The notes under the pieces are model-generated. The model searched no databases and had not been told where the DNA came from. It saw only the letters and a list, made by a program, of their open reading frames with translations. 45,245 nt of DNA from Armatimonadota bacterium. Lineage in GTDB: Bacteria > Sysuimicrobiota > Sysuimicrobiia > Sysuimicrobiales > Kaftiobacteriaceae. A program made the translations under genes and the position numbers. The stretch covers positions 23,409 through 68,653 of the forward strand of contig JBBIUY010000013.1 in NCBI GenBank assembly GCA_037440005.1, in the 5' to 3' direction. Shown here in pieces: positions 37,315-45,245 of this stretch. How positions within the stretch are numbered: the stretch's first letter is position 1; every line of letters begins with the position of its first letter.

Positions 37315-38295
37315 GACGTCGTCGGCCAGGACCCGGACGGCCCGCAGGGGGTCGGGTCCCAGGGGCGGTCCGAAGGAGATGTGGGTCGCCCCGGCTTCCA
37401 CCAGCCACCGGCATCGTCGCGCCACCTCGGCGGGCCCTCCGGCCACGCCCAGCGCCAGCATCGCCGGGGTGACCTTCCGGCAGGCCTCCTCCACGTTCCC
37501 CCGGCTCATGGCTTCCCGCACCGGGGAGAAGTCCTCCGGCTCGATGCCGGCGCGGCGCAGCAGGTAGGGCGCAAACGACGGACCGTAGTACGCGATCTTG
37601 CGGGCCAGGGCCTGCCGGGCGGCGGCGGGGTCGTCGTCCACCGAGCACCAGATGCAGGCCGCGATGTCCAGCTGACGCGGGTCCCGGCCGGCCCTGCGGG
37701 CACCGGCGCGGATCTGGTCCAGGGCCACCGGGAAGTGCTCGGGGGGAAACAGCAGCGGCAGTGCTCCGTCGGCCACCTCCCCGGCCAGGGTCAGCATCCG
37801 GGGGCTCATCCCGCCCAGGTAGAGGGGGACCTCCGCCGGCGGCAGCCGCAGGTAGGCCTCCTCCCGCCACCCCGGTCCTGCCCCGGGCTCGCGGGCGGGC
37901 CGGCCGCCCCGCAGCAGCGCCCGCACGGCCAGCACCGCCTCCCGGGTCCGCCGCAGCGGCTGCGGGCGGGAAAGGCCCGCCCACTCCAGAAACTCCCGGG
38001 CGCCGGCGCCCACCCCCAGCCGGAACCGTCCGCCGGAGACCTCGTGCAGGGTGGCGGCGGCCATGGCGATCTCGGCCGGATGCAGCGAGTAGGGGTTGAC
38101 GATGGCCACCCCCAGCCCCAGGGTGGCGGTGCGGCCGGCCAGGTGGGCCAGCAGGACCGGGGCGCTGCGCAGAAACAGGTCGTGGGACACCCACAGCTGG
38201 TCGACCCCGGCCTGTTCGGCGGCGACGGCGATCTGCCCCAGCAGGGAGGCCGGGAGGTCGTTGTTCAGGCGGATGCTGACCGTGATCCTCCCCAC
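37291..38295 (-). CDS. LLM-class oxidoreductase (Mer-like)
   Basis: WVSHD, IVNPYSLHPAEIAMAAATL, GGRFRLGVGAG, YLGGMSPRMLTLAGEVADG. Confidence 0.88.
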   Translation of the reverse strand: MGRITVSIRLNNDLPASLLGQIAVAAEQAGVDQLWVSHDLFLRSAPVLLAHLAGRTATLGLGVAIVNPYSLHPAEIAMAAATLHEVSGGRFRLGVGAGAREFLEWAGLSRPQPLRRTREAVLAVRALLRGGRPAREPGAGPGWREEAYLRLPPAEVPLYLGGMSPRMLTLAGEVADGALPLLFPPEHFPVALDQIRAGARRAGRDPRQLDIAACIWCSVDDDPAAARQALARKIAYYGPSFAPYLLRRAGIEPEDFSPVREAMSRGNVEEACRKVTPAMLALGVAGGPAEVARRCRWLVEAGATHISFGPPLGPDPLRAVRVLADDVLPALRGS

Positions 38296-38425
38296 CGCTC
38301 ACCTCCGGCGACCGGATGCCCGCCGCCCCGGTGGCGTGTGCTTCGCGACTGTGGGCGGCGGTCCCTCCGGGAGAGGAGTTCGCCGTCGGGACGTGGAAAT
38401 ATCCGCCTCATCGTCCGCCATTTGA

Positions 38426-38441
38426 TGAAACTCGGTTTTGC
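38426..38441 (+). promoter_or_regulatory. candidate IclR operator upstream of the peptide-ABC operon
   Basis: TGAAAC-TCG-GTTTTGC; identical outside the 3-nt spacer to the reverse complement of 36299-36314. Confidence 0.55.
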
Positions 38442-38457
38442 AGAAAGGGGGAATCCG

Positions 38458-40050
38458 ATGAGGCTCCACGGCTGGCTGGCGGGAGGGCTGGCGCTGGCGG
38501 TGCTGGCCGTTGCGGCGTCGTTCCCTGCGGTCTCGGCCCCCGCGCCCCGCACCCTGGTCGTCGGCGTCGGCCACGACCAGACCACCCTGGACCCCGCCCG
38601 GGGCTACGAGATCGTGGGCGGCCTGGTGCACAAGGCCACCTACAACACCCTGGTGACCCTGGCGCCGGGCGACATCGGCACCATCGTCCCGGACCTGGCG
38701 GAGCGCTGGCGGGTCACCCCCGACGGCAAGACCTACGTGTTCACCCTGCGCCGGGGGGTGCGGTTCGTGTCGGGGAACGAGGTGACCGCCCAGGACGTCA
38801 AGTGGTCCTACGACCGGGTCAAGGGCATCCGGGGCAACCCGTCGTTCCTGTTCGACACCATCCAGGCCGTCGAGGTGCGCGACGCCCGGACCGTCGTCAT
38901 CCGCCTGACCCAGCCCGACCCGGCGCTGCTGGCCAAGATGACCTTCGGCGCCTTTGCGGTCCTGGACAGCAAGACGGTGGAAGCCCGCGGGGGCGTGAGC
39001 GGCCCCGACGCCCGGGAGCGGGACCAGGCCCAGCGGTGGCTGGACCAGAACTCGGCGGGCACGGGTCCGTTCATCCTCCGGCGGTGGGTGCGGGAGTCGG
39101 AGGTGGTCGTGGAGCGCAACCCGAGCTACTGGGGCGGTCCGCCCAAGCTGGACCGGGTCATCTTCCGTCACCTGCCCCAGTCGGCGACCCAGAAGCTGGC
39201 CCTGGAGGCCGGGGACATCGACATCGCCCTGGAACTGAACGCCGAGCAGGCCCGGGCCCTGGCCGCCAACCCCAACGTGCAGATCGTCCGCGGCCCGACC
39301 ACGGACCTGTTCTTCCTCCTGGCCAACCGGAATCCGGCCCTGTCGGGCGGGATCATGAGCAACCCCAAGGTCGTGCAGGCCATCCGCTACGCCATCGACT
39401 ACGAGGGGATCAAGCAGCTGGCCGGCGGGGTGGGGATCACGCCGCCCACCCTGGTGGGGGTGGGGTTTGCCGGCGCGTGGGATGAAAGCCGCGCGCCGCG
39501 CCGGGACGTGGCGCGGGCCAGGCAACTGCTGGCGGAGGCCGGCTATCCCAACGGGTTTGAGATCGAGCTGGAGTACGCCACTAAGCTGGGACGCAGCGGG
39601 GTGGAAATGGACCTGCTGGCCCCCAAGATCCAGGCCGACCTGGCCGAGGTGGGCATCCGGGTGCGCCTCAAGCCCGGGGACCTGCAGACGACCCTGGCCA
39701 ACTATCGGGCCGGCAACGAAGCGTTCGGCCTGTGGCTGTGGGGGGCCGACTTCCCCGACATCAACGACCGCCTGGCCTTCCTGCCCAACGGGATCGTGGG
39801 CAAGCGGGCCGGCTGGACCGACGAGCGGGCCGACGACCTGATCAAGTCCCTGCGGGACCAGGCGATGGTGGAGACGGACCCGCGGCGGCGGGCCCAGATC
39901 TGGGACAGGATCCAGGCGTACCTGGTCGAGAACAGCCCGTTCGTGCCCCTGATCCAGCCGGTGGCGCAGGTGGCCCTGCGCCGGACGGTGAAGGGGTATG
40001 TGTTCAACAACCAGTTCCGGGTGCAGCCGTTCCTGCTGAGCAAGGACTGA
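38458..40050 (+). CDS. peptide/nickel ABC transporter substrate-binding protein (family 5)
   Basis: Signal peptide; TLDP, PDLAERW, FTLRRGVRF, GTGPF, ARQLLAEAGYPNG. Confidence 0.92.
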   Translation: MRLHGWLAGGLALAVLAVAASFPAVSAPAPRTLVVGVGHDQTTLDPARGYEIVGGLVHKATYNTLVTLAPGDIGTIVPDLAERWRVTPDGKTYVFTLRRGVRFVSGNEVTAQDVKWSYDRVKGIRGNPSFLFDTIQAVEVRDARTVVIRLTQPDPALLAKMTFGAFAVLDSKTVEARGGVSGPDARERDQAQRWLDQNSAGTGPFILRRWVRESEVVVERNPSYWGGPPKLDRVIFRHLPQSATQKLALEAGDIDIALELNAEQARALAANPNVQIVRGPTTDLFFLLANRNPALSGGIMSNPKVVQAIRYAIDYEGIKQLAGGVGITPPTLVGVGFAGAWDESRAPRRDVARARQLLAEAGYPNGFEIELEYATKLGRSGVEMDLLAPKIQADLAEVGIRVRLKPGDLQTTLANYRAGNEAFGLWLWGADFPDINDRLAFLPNGIVGKRAGWTDERADDLIKSLRDQAMVETDPRRRAQIWDRIQAYLVENSPFVPLIQPVAQVALRRTVKGYVFNNQFRVQPFLLSKD

Positions 40051-40068
40051 GGGTCGCCGGACACCGGA

Positions 40069-40098
40069 CGGGCGGCCCGCCGACCGGCGGGCCGCCCG
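40069..40098 (+). other. intercistronic GC-rich stem-loop after the SBP gene
   Basis: Perfect 13-bp stem CGGGCGGCCCGCC-GACC-GGCGGGCCGCCCG with no U-tract; likely an mRNA-stabilising or attenuating element. Confidence 0.55.
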
Positions 40099-40126
40099 CG
40101 CGTCTGGGGCCGACGGGCACCGGCCG

Positions 40127-41149
40127 ATGGGCATCGCCTCCCTCGTCGCACGGCGCATCGCCGTCAGCCTCCCCCTGATGGTGGGGCTGACCCTGGTGGT
40201 CTTTCTGGTGTCGCACCTCCTGCCCGGCGACCCGGTGGCCGCCCACCTGGGCCAGCGGTCCATGGAGCACCCGGAAATCGTGGCGGCGTTCCGCGCCCAG
40301 TGGGGGCTGGACCAGCCCCTGCACGTGCAGTACCTGACCTTCCTGCGCAACCTGCTGCGGGGCGACCTGGGGGTCTCCATCAAGACCAAGGAGCCCGTGC
40401 TCGAGGACCTGGCCCGGCACTTCCCCGCCAGCGTGGAGCTGGCGGTGGCGGCGGTCCTGATCAGCGCCGCCGTCGGCATCCCGCTGGGCGTGCTGGCCGC
40501 CGTGGGCCGGAACCGCTGGGTGGATCACGTGGCGCGGGCCGTCTCCCTGGTGGGCGTGTCGGCGCCGGTCTTCTGGCTGGCCCTGGTCGGCCTGTACGTC
40601 CTGTACCTGCGGCTGGGCTGGCTGCCGGGCCCCGGGCGGCTGGACGTGGGGATGCCCGAACCGCCGCGGGTGACCGGCCTGCTGACCGTGGACGCCCTGC
40701 TGGCGAACGATATGGCCGCGTTCCGGTCGGCTCTGGCGCACCTGGTGTTGCCCGCCCTCGTCCTGGGCAGCGCCACCACCGGCCTGATTACCCGCATGAC
40801 CCGCTCCAGCATGCTGGACGTGCTGGGCAGCGACTACATCCGGACCGCCCGCGCCAAAGGGCTGGGGGAGCGAGTGGTCCTGTTCCACCACGCCCTGCGC
40901 AACGCGCTGGTGCCCACCGTCACCGTCCTGGGTCTGTCCCTGGCGGACATCATGTCCGGAGCCGTCCTCACCGAGACCATCTTCTCCTGGCCCGGCGTGG
41001 GCCGCTACGCCTTCGGGGCCGCCATTAGCCTGGACTTTCCCGCCATTTTAGGCGTCACGCTGCTGGTGGCCGCGGTGTTCACCCTGGCCAACCTGGCCGT
41101 AGACGTGGCGTACCTGGTCCTGGACCCGCGCCAGCGGGCGTGGGGGTGA
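40127..41149 (+). CDS. peptide ABC transporter permease (DppB-like)
   Basis: PGDP, GLDQPL..QY, GDLG, DYIRTARAKGL, TETIFSWPG. Confidence 0.93.
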   Translation: MGIASLVARRIAVSLPLMVGLTLVVFLVSHLLPGDPVAAHLGQRSMEHPEIVAAFRAQWGLDQPLHVQYLTFLRNLLRGDLGVSIKTKEPVLEDLARHFPASVELAVAAVLISAAVGIPLGVLAAVGRNRWVDHVARAVSLVGVSAPVFWLALVGLYVLYLRLGWLPGPGRLDVGMPEPPRVTGLLTVDALLANDMAAFRSALAHLVLPALVLGSATTGLITRMTRSSMLDVLGSDYIRTARAKGLGERVVLFHHALRNALVPTVTVLGLSLADIMSGAVLTETIFSWPGVGRYAFGAAISLDFPAILGVTLLVAAVFTLANLAVDVAYLVLDPRQRAWG

Positions 41150-41155
41150 CCGGCG

Positions 41156-42073
41156 GTGCCGCTGCCGGCCGCCGACGCCCACGCCGGACCGCCGGCCGCC
41201 CCGCAGGCCGAGGCGCTCCCGCTGGCGGGGGCGGTCCGCGCGTCGACAGCAGGCCGCCTGCTCCGGCGGAACGCCCTCACGGTGGCGGGGGCCGCCGTCG
41301 TCGCCGGGTGGGTGGCCGCCGCGGTCGCCGCTCCGTGGGTGACGCCGTACCCGCCGCTGCAGCAGAACCTCCGGGAACGCCTGCGCCCTCCCGACGCCCG
41401 CCATTTCATGGGGACCGACGAGCTGGGCCGCGACATCTTCAGCCGGGTGATCTACGGCGCCCGCATCAGCCTGCCGGTGGGCGCGGTGGTGGTGGCGTCC
41501 TCCACCGCCATCGGGACGGTCCTGGGGTCGGTGGCGGGGTACTGGGGCGGGCTGTGGGACGCCGTCCTCATGCGCCTGACGGACCTGGTGATGGCCTTTC
41601 CCCCCATCATCCTGGCCATGGCGGTGGCGGCGGCTCTGGGACCGGGGATCCAGCACGCCGCCCTCGCGCTGGTGGTCGTGGCCTGGCCGTCGTATGCCCG
41701 GGTGATGCGGGGGCTGGTGCTGTCGGTGAAGTCCCAGGAGTACGTGCTGGCGGCCCGGGCGGTGGGCGCCGGCGAGGGCCGCATCCTGCTGCGGACCGTG
41801 CTGCCCAACTGCCTGGGACCGGCGGTGGTGATGGCGACGCTGGACCTGGGACGGGCGATCCTCATCTTTTCGGGGCTGAGCTTTTTGGGCCTGGGAGCCG
41901 TCCCGCCCGCCCCCGAGTGGGGCGCGATGGTGGCCGGAGGCATCAACGCCTTCGACCAGTGGTGGGTGTCGGGGTTCCCGGGCCTGGCCATCCTCAGCGT
42001 CGTGCTGGCGTTCAACTTTCTGGGCGACGGCCTGCGGGACGCGCTGGACCCGCGCCTGCGGGGCGCCCCCTGA
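41156..42073 (+). CDS. peptide ABC transporter permease (DppC-like)
   Basis: GTDELGRDIFSRVIYGARISL, EYVLAARAVGA, LSFLGLG..PEWG, FNFLGDGLRDALDP. Confidence 0.93.
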   Translation: MPLPAADAHAGPPAAPQAEALPLAGAVRASTAGRLLRRNALTVAGAAVVAGWVAAAVAAPWVTPYPPLQQNLRERLRPPDARHFMGTDELGRDIFSRVIYGARISLPVGAVVVASSTAIGTVLGSVAGYWGGLWDAVLMRLTDLVMAFPPIILAMAVAAALGPGIQHAALALVVVAWPSYARVMRGLVLSVKSQEYVLAARAVGAGEGRILLRTVLPNCLGPAVVMATLDLGRAILIFSGLSFLGLGAVPPAPEWGAMVAGGINAFDQWWVSGFPGLAILSVVLAFNFLGDGLRDALDPRLRGAP

Positions 42074-42098
42074 GCCGCATCGAGAGGAGGACGATCCG

Positions 42099-43244
42099 GT
42101 GACCGTGGACTACGCGGCCCGCCTGGCGCGGGTGCGGGAGCAGATGGACCGTCTGGGCGTCGAGCTGGTCTACCTGCCGCCGGGCGCCAACGCCCAGTGG
42201 CTGCTGGGCCTGCGCCGGGAGCGGCCCAGCTATACCCATATCCTCTACCCCGGGGGGTGGCTGTACGGCGCCTTTGTGGGGCTGGAGCGGGGACCGGTCC
42301 TGGCGCTGCCCCGCATGGTGGCCGAGTTCGACCTGCCCGGCGTCCCCGGGGTGGAGACCCGGGTCCTGCCCGACCGGGGAGACCCCGACGCCCTGCTGCG
42401 GGAGATCCTGGGCATGTTCTCCCTGCGCCGCCGCGCGGTGGCGGTGGAGGACCGCGCGTGGGCCAGCTTTCTCCTCCACCTCCAGCGGGCGCTCCCGGGC
42501 GCCACGGTCACGGTCGCCTCGGAGGTCTTCTCCCCCCTGCGCATGGTCAAAGACGAGCAGGAGCTGGCGCTGATGCGCCGGGCGGCGGAACTGGCGGACC
42601 AGGTCATGGGGGACGTCCTGCCGCGGCTGCGGGTGGGGGTGAGCGAGCTGGAGATTCTGACCGAGGTCGACTACCAGCTGGCCCGGCGGGGCGCCGAGGC
42701 CACGTCCTTTCCCACCAGCCTGTACATCATCAACCCCCGCCGCCGGGGCGCCATGGTGGAGGTCAAAGGACGCAGCACCCACCCCATCGAGCCCGGCACG
42801 GCGGTGCCCTTCGACTTCGGCGCCGTGTGGGAGGGCTACTGTTCGGACTTCGGCCGCACCGTGTGGGTGGGCGAGCCTCCGGCGGAATACCGCCGGACCC
42901 ACGATCTGGTGATGGCGTCCCAGGCCGCCGGCATCGCCGCCCTGCGGGCCGGGGCGCGGGCCGAGGAGGCGGACCGGGCCGCGCGGCGGGTCATCGAGGA
43001 CGCCGGCTACGGGGCGGGGTTCCGCCACCGCCTGGGCCACGGCATCGGGATGGACGTGCACGAACCGCCGTTTTTGACCGCCGGCGACCAGACGGTCCTG
43101 CAGCCCGGCATGTGCTTTACCGTGGAGCCCAGCATCATCCTCGACGACCGGTGGATGGTGCGGGTGGAGGACGTGGTGGTGGTGCGGTCGGGCGGCGGCG
43201 AGCCCTTGAACACCTTCCCCCGCGACCTGCTTGTGGTGGCGTAA
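42099..43244 (+). CDS. M24 family (Xaa-Pro) peptidase/amidohydrolase
   Basis: FDFG, YCSDFGRT, HRLGHGIGMDVHE, TVEP, RVED metal ligands. Confidence 0.9.
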   Translation: MTVDYAARLARVREQMDRLGVELVYLPPGANAQWLLGLRRERPSYTHILYPGGWLYGAFVGLERGPVLALPRMVAEFDLPGVPGVETRVLPDRGDPDALLREILGMFSLRRRAVAVEDRAWASFLLHLQRALPGATVTVASEVFSPLRMVKDEQELALMRRAAELADQVMGDVLPRLRVGVSELEILTEVDYQLARRGAEATSFPTSLYIINPRRRGAMVEVKGRSTHPIEPGTAVPFDFGAVWEGYCSDFGRTVWVGEPPAEYRRTHDLVMASQAAGIAALRAGARAEEADRAARRVIEDAGYGAGFRHRLGHGIGMDVHEPPFLTAGDQTVLQPGMCFTVEPSIILDDRWMVRVEDVVVVRSGGGEPLNTFPRDLLVVA

Positions 43245-43247
43245 GCC

Positions 43248-44126
43248 GTGGAGGTCGGCGTCGTCCTCCCCACCGCCGGGCCCAAGGCCACGGTGGAGAA
43301 CGTGGCCACCGTCGCCCTCTGGGCCCAGGAGCTGGGGTTCGGGTCGGTGTGGGTCACCGACCACGTCATCCTGCCCGAGCGGGTGGAGTCGTGGTACCCC
43401 TACCGCTCCCACGGGCGGTGGGACTACCCGTCCGACACCCCCTGGATGGACCCCCTGCTGGCCCTTCTCTACGCCGGCACGGTGGCCCCCTCGCTGCGGC
43501 TGGGCACGTCGGTCCTGGTGGCCCCGCTGCGCCACCCGGTCCTGCTGGCCAAGCAGATCGCCACCCTGGACGTGCTGTCCGGGGGGCGGGTGATCCTGGG
43601 GGTGGGGGCGGGGTGGATGCGGGAGGAGTTCGCGCTGGTGGGGGCGTCGTTTGCCGACCGGGGGCGGCGGGTGGTGGAGATGGTGGAACTGATGCGGGCT
43701 CTGTGGACCGGCCGGACCGTGCACTTCGAGGGTCGCTACTACCGGGTCCACGGTGCCCGGATGCACCCCCGTCCGGCCCAGGACCGGATCCCGGTGGTGT
43801 GGGGTGGGCACTCGGAGGCGGCCCTGCGCCGCGTGGCGCGGGTGGGGGACGGCTGGCACCCCACCCAGATTCCGCTGGACCAGCTGCGGGACGGCGTGCG
43901 CCGGCTGCGAGCGCTGTGGGAGGAGGCCGGACGAAATCCGGCTGCGCTGCTGGTGGTGGCCCGCCCGGGGACTACCTACCCGATCACCCCGCAGACCCAC
44001 GCCGCGCACCTGGAGATCGGAGTGACCCACCTGATCGCCGACACACCCCTGCGGGACCCCGGCATGGCGGCCCTGCGGGAGGAGATGGAGCGCGTGGCCG
44101 AGGTGTGCGGGCTGCGCGCGCGGTGA
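43248..44126 (+). CDS. LLM-class, probably F420-dependent oxidoreductase (Rv2161c-like)
   Basis: [43 protein letters not shown]. Confidence 0.9.
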   Translation: MEVGVVLPTAGPKATVENVATVALWAQELGFGSVWVTDHVILPERVESWYPYRSHGRWDYPSDTPWMDPLLALLYAGTVAPSLRLGTSVLVAPLRHPVLLAKQIATLDVLSGGRVILGVGAGWMREEFALVGASFADRGRRVVEMVELMRALWTGRTVHFEGRYYRVHGARMHPRPAQDRIPVVWGGHSEAALRRVARVGDGWHPTQIPLDQLRDGVRRLRALWEEAGRNPAALLVVARPGTTYPITPQTHAAHLEIGVTHLIADTPLRDPGMAALREEMERVAEVCGLRAR

Positions 44127-44129
44127 GCC

Positions 44130-45230
44130 GTGCGCATCGCCCGGGTGGAGGTCTTCCGGCGCACGTACCCGGTGCGGGGCGGGCGGTTTGCCATGTCCGG
44201 AGGACGCGCCGCCACCCACATGGACAGCACCCTGGTGAGGCTGACCACCGACGAGGGGCTGGCCGGGTGGGGGGAGGTCTGCCCGCTCAGCCCCGCCTAC
44301 ATCGCCGCGTCGGGGGAGACGGCCCGCGCGGCGCTGGCCCTGCTGGCGCCGGCGGTCCTGGGGCTGGACCCCCGGCAGCCCGAGATGGTCTACGCCGGCA
44401 TGGACGCCGCCCTGCGCGGTCACGGCTACGCCAAGTCGGCCCTGGACATGGCGTGCTGGGACCTGGCCGCCCGGGCCGCCGGCGTCCCGCTGGCCGCGCT
44501 GCTGGGAGGGGTGTTCCGGACGGAGGTGCCGGTCTACGCGGGCGTCAGCCTGGACTCTCCCGAGCGGATGCGGCGCGACGCCGCCGCGCTGTGGAAGGAG
44601 GGGTACAGGCGCATCCAGCTGAAAGTGGGCGGGTCCTGGCGCGACGACCTGGAGCGGGTGCGGGCCTGCCTGGAGGCGCTCGCCGGTGCCGACGCGGTCA
44701 TCGTGGACGCCAACGGGGGGTGGCCTCTGCATGAGGCCGTGCAGGCGGCCGCCGCCCTGGACGACCTGCCGGTCTTCCTCGAACAGCCCTGCGCCGACCT
44801 GGACAGCTGCGCGGCGGTGCGGCGCGCGAGCCGCCGGCCGATGGTGCTGGACGAGAGCCTGGACTCCCTGGACGCCCTCCTGCGGGCCCGGCAGGCGGGG
44901 GTGCTGGACGTGGCCCGGATGAAGCTGGCGCGGGTGGGCGGCATCTCCCGGGCGCGGCTGCTGCGGGACCTGTGCGCCGCCTGGGGGGTGGCGGTGACGG
45001 TGGAAGACGCCGGAGGAGGGGAGGTTGCCGCTGCGGCCCTGCTGCACGTGGCGGCCAGCACACCCCCGCCGGCGCTGTTCGACACCTACCTGCCCACGGC
45101 GCTGGCCGCCGGGCCTGCGAGCGAGGCGGTGCGGGCCGCGGGCGGGTCGGCCCTGCTGCCCGCCGGACCGGGTCTGGGCGTCGCCCCCGCCGGCGCCCAG
45201 GTCGGTCCGCCCGTTCTGGTCGCGCGCTGA
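44130..45230 (+). CDS. mandelate racemase/muconate lactonizing enzyme family (HpbD / cis-3-hydroxyproline dehydratase-like)
   Basis: GWGEVCPL, KSALDMACWD, QLKVG, DANGGW, EQP, DES, MKLARVGG, VEDAGGG. Confidence 0.88.
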   Translation: MRIARVEVFRRTYPVRGGRFAMSGGRAATHMDSTLVRLTTDEGLAGWGEVCPLSPAYIAASGETARAALALLAPAVLGLDPRQPEMVYAGMDAALRGHGYAKSALDMACWDLAARAAGVPLAALLGGVFRTEVPVYAGVSLDSPERMRRDAAALWKEGYRRIQLKVGGSWRDDLERVRACLEALAGADAVIVDANGGWPLHEAVQAAAALDDLPVFLEQPCADLDSCAAVRRASRRPMVLDESLDSLDALLRARQAGVLDVARMKLARVGGISRARLLRDLCAAWGVAVTVEDAGGGEVAAAALLHVAASTPPPALFDTYLPTALAAGPASEAVRAAGGSALLPAGPGLGVAPAGAQVGPPVLVAR

Positions 45231-45245
45231 AACCTCCGAGCAGTC

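Noticed and set aside
42012..45047. 1011-aa minus-strand ORF
   Set aside because: Antisense to the M24, LLM and enolase genes; shadow ORF

Overview
High-GC bacterial chromosomal window with three blocks. (1) 1-850: the 5' part of an MFS transporter gene (minus strand) and an initiator tRNA-fMet with its own promoter and terminator. (2) ~880-9000: an accessory, apparently copper/metal-related islet. It encodes DUF881, a Cys-rich cupredoxin with a CcdA-like membrane protein, a small Cys/His/Met secreted peptide, YHS, a degenerate M23 fragment, a GGR-like flavoenzyme, a His/Cys-tailed membrane protein, a His1 exported protein coupled to an orphan cytochrome b, a frameshifted CsoR-like gene and an orphan OmpR-family regulator. 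Four of its promoters share phased 11-bp CTTAA repeats. It is followed by cimA, which is preceded by a ykkC-family riboswitch with ppGpp-subtype features and an overlapping terminator, and then two putative F420-dependent oxidoreductases. (3) 12.3-45.2 kb: a large catabolic cluster. It contains 2-oxoacid dehydrogenase E1a/E1b/E2, an acyl-CoA mutase large subunit with a non-canonical active site, class III CoA transferase, thiolase, an Atu/Liu-like carboxylase-hydratase-AtuA module, MaoC, HpcH aldolase, amino-acid and peptide ABC components, two SDRs, an aminotransferase, three LLM oxidoreductases, IclR (with a shared candidate operator), an M24 peptidase and an enolase-superfamily enzyme. No CRISPR, integrase or transposase was seen. 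All family calls come from motif recognition by eye; no searches were run.
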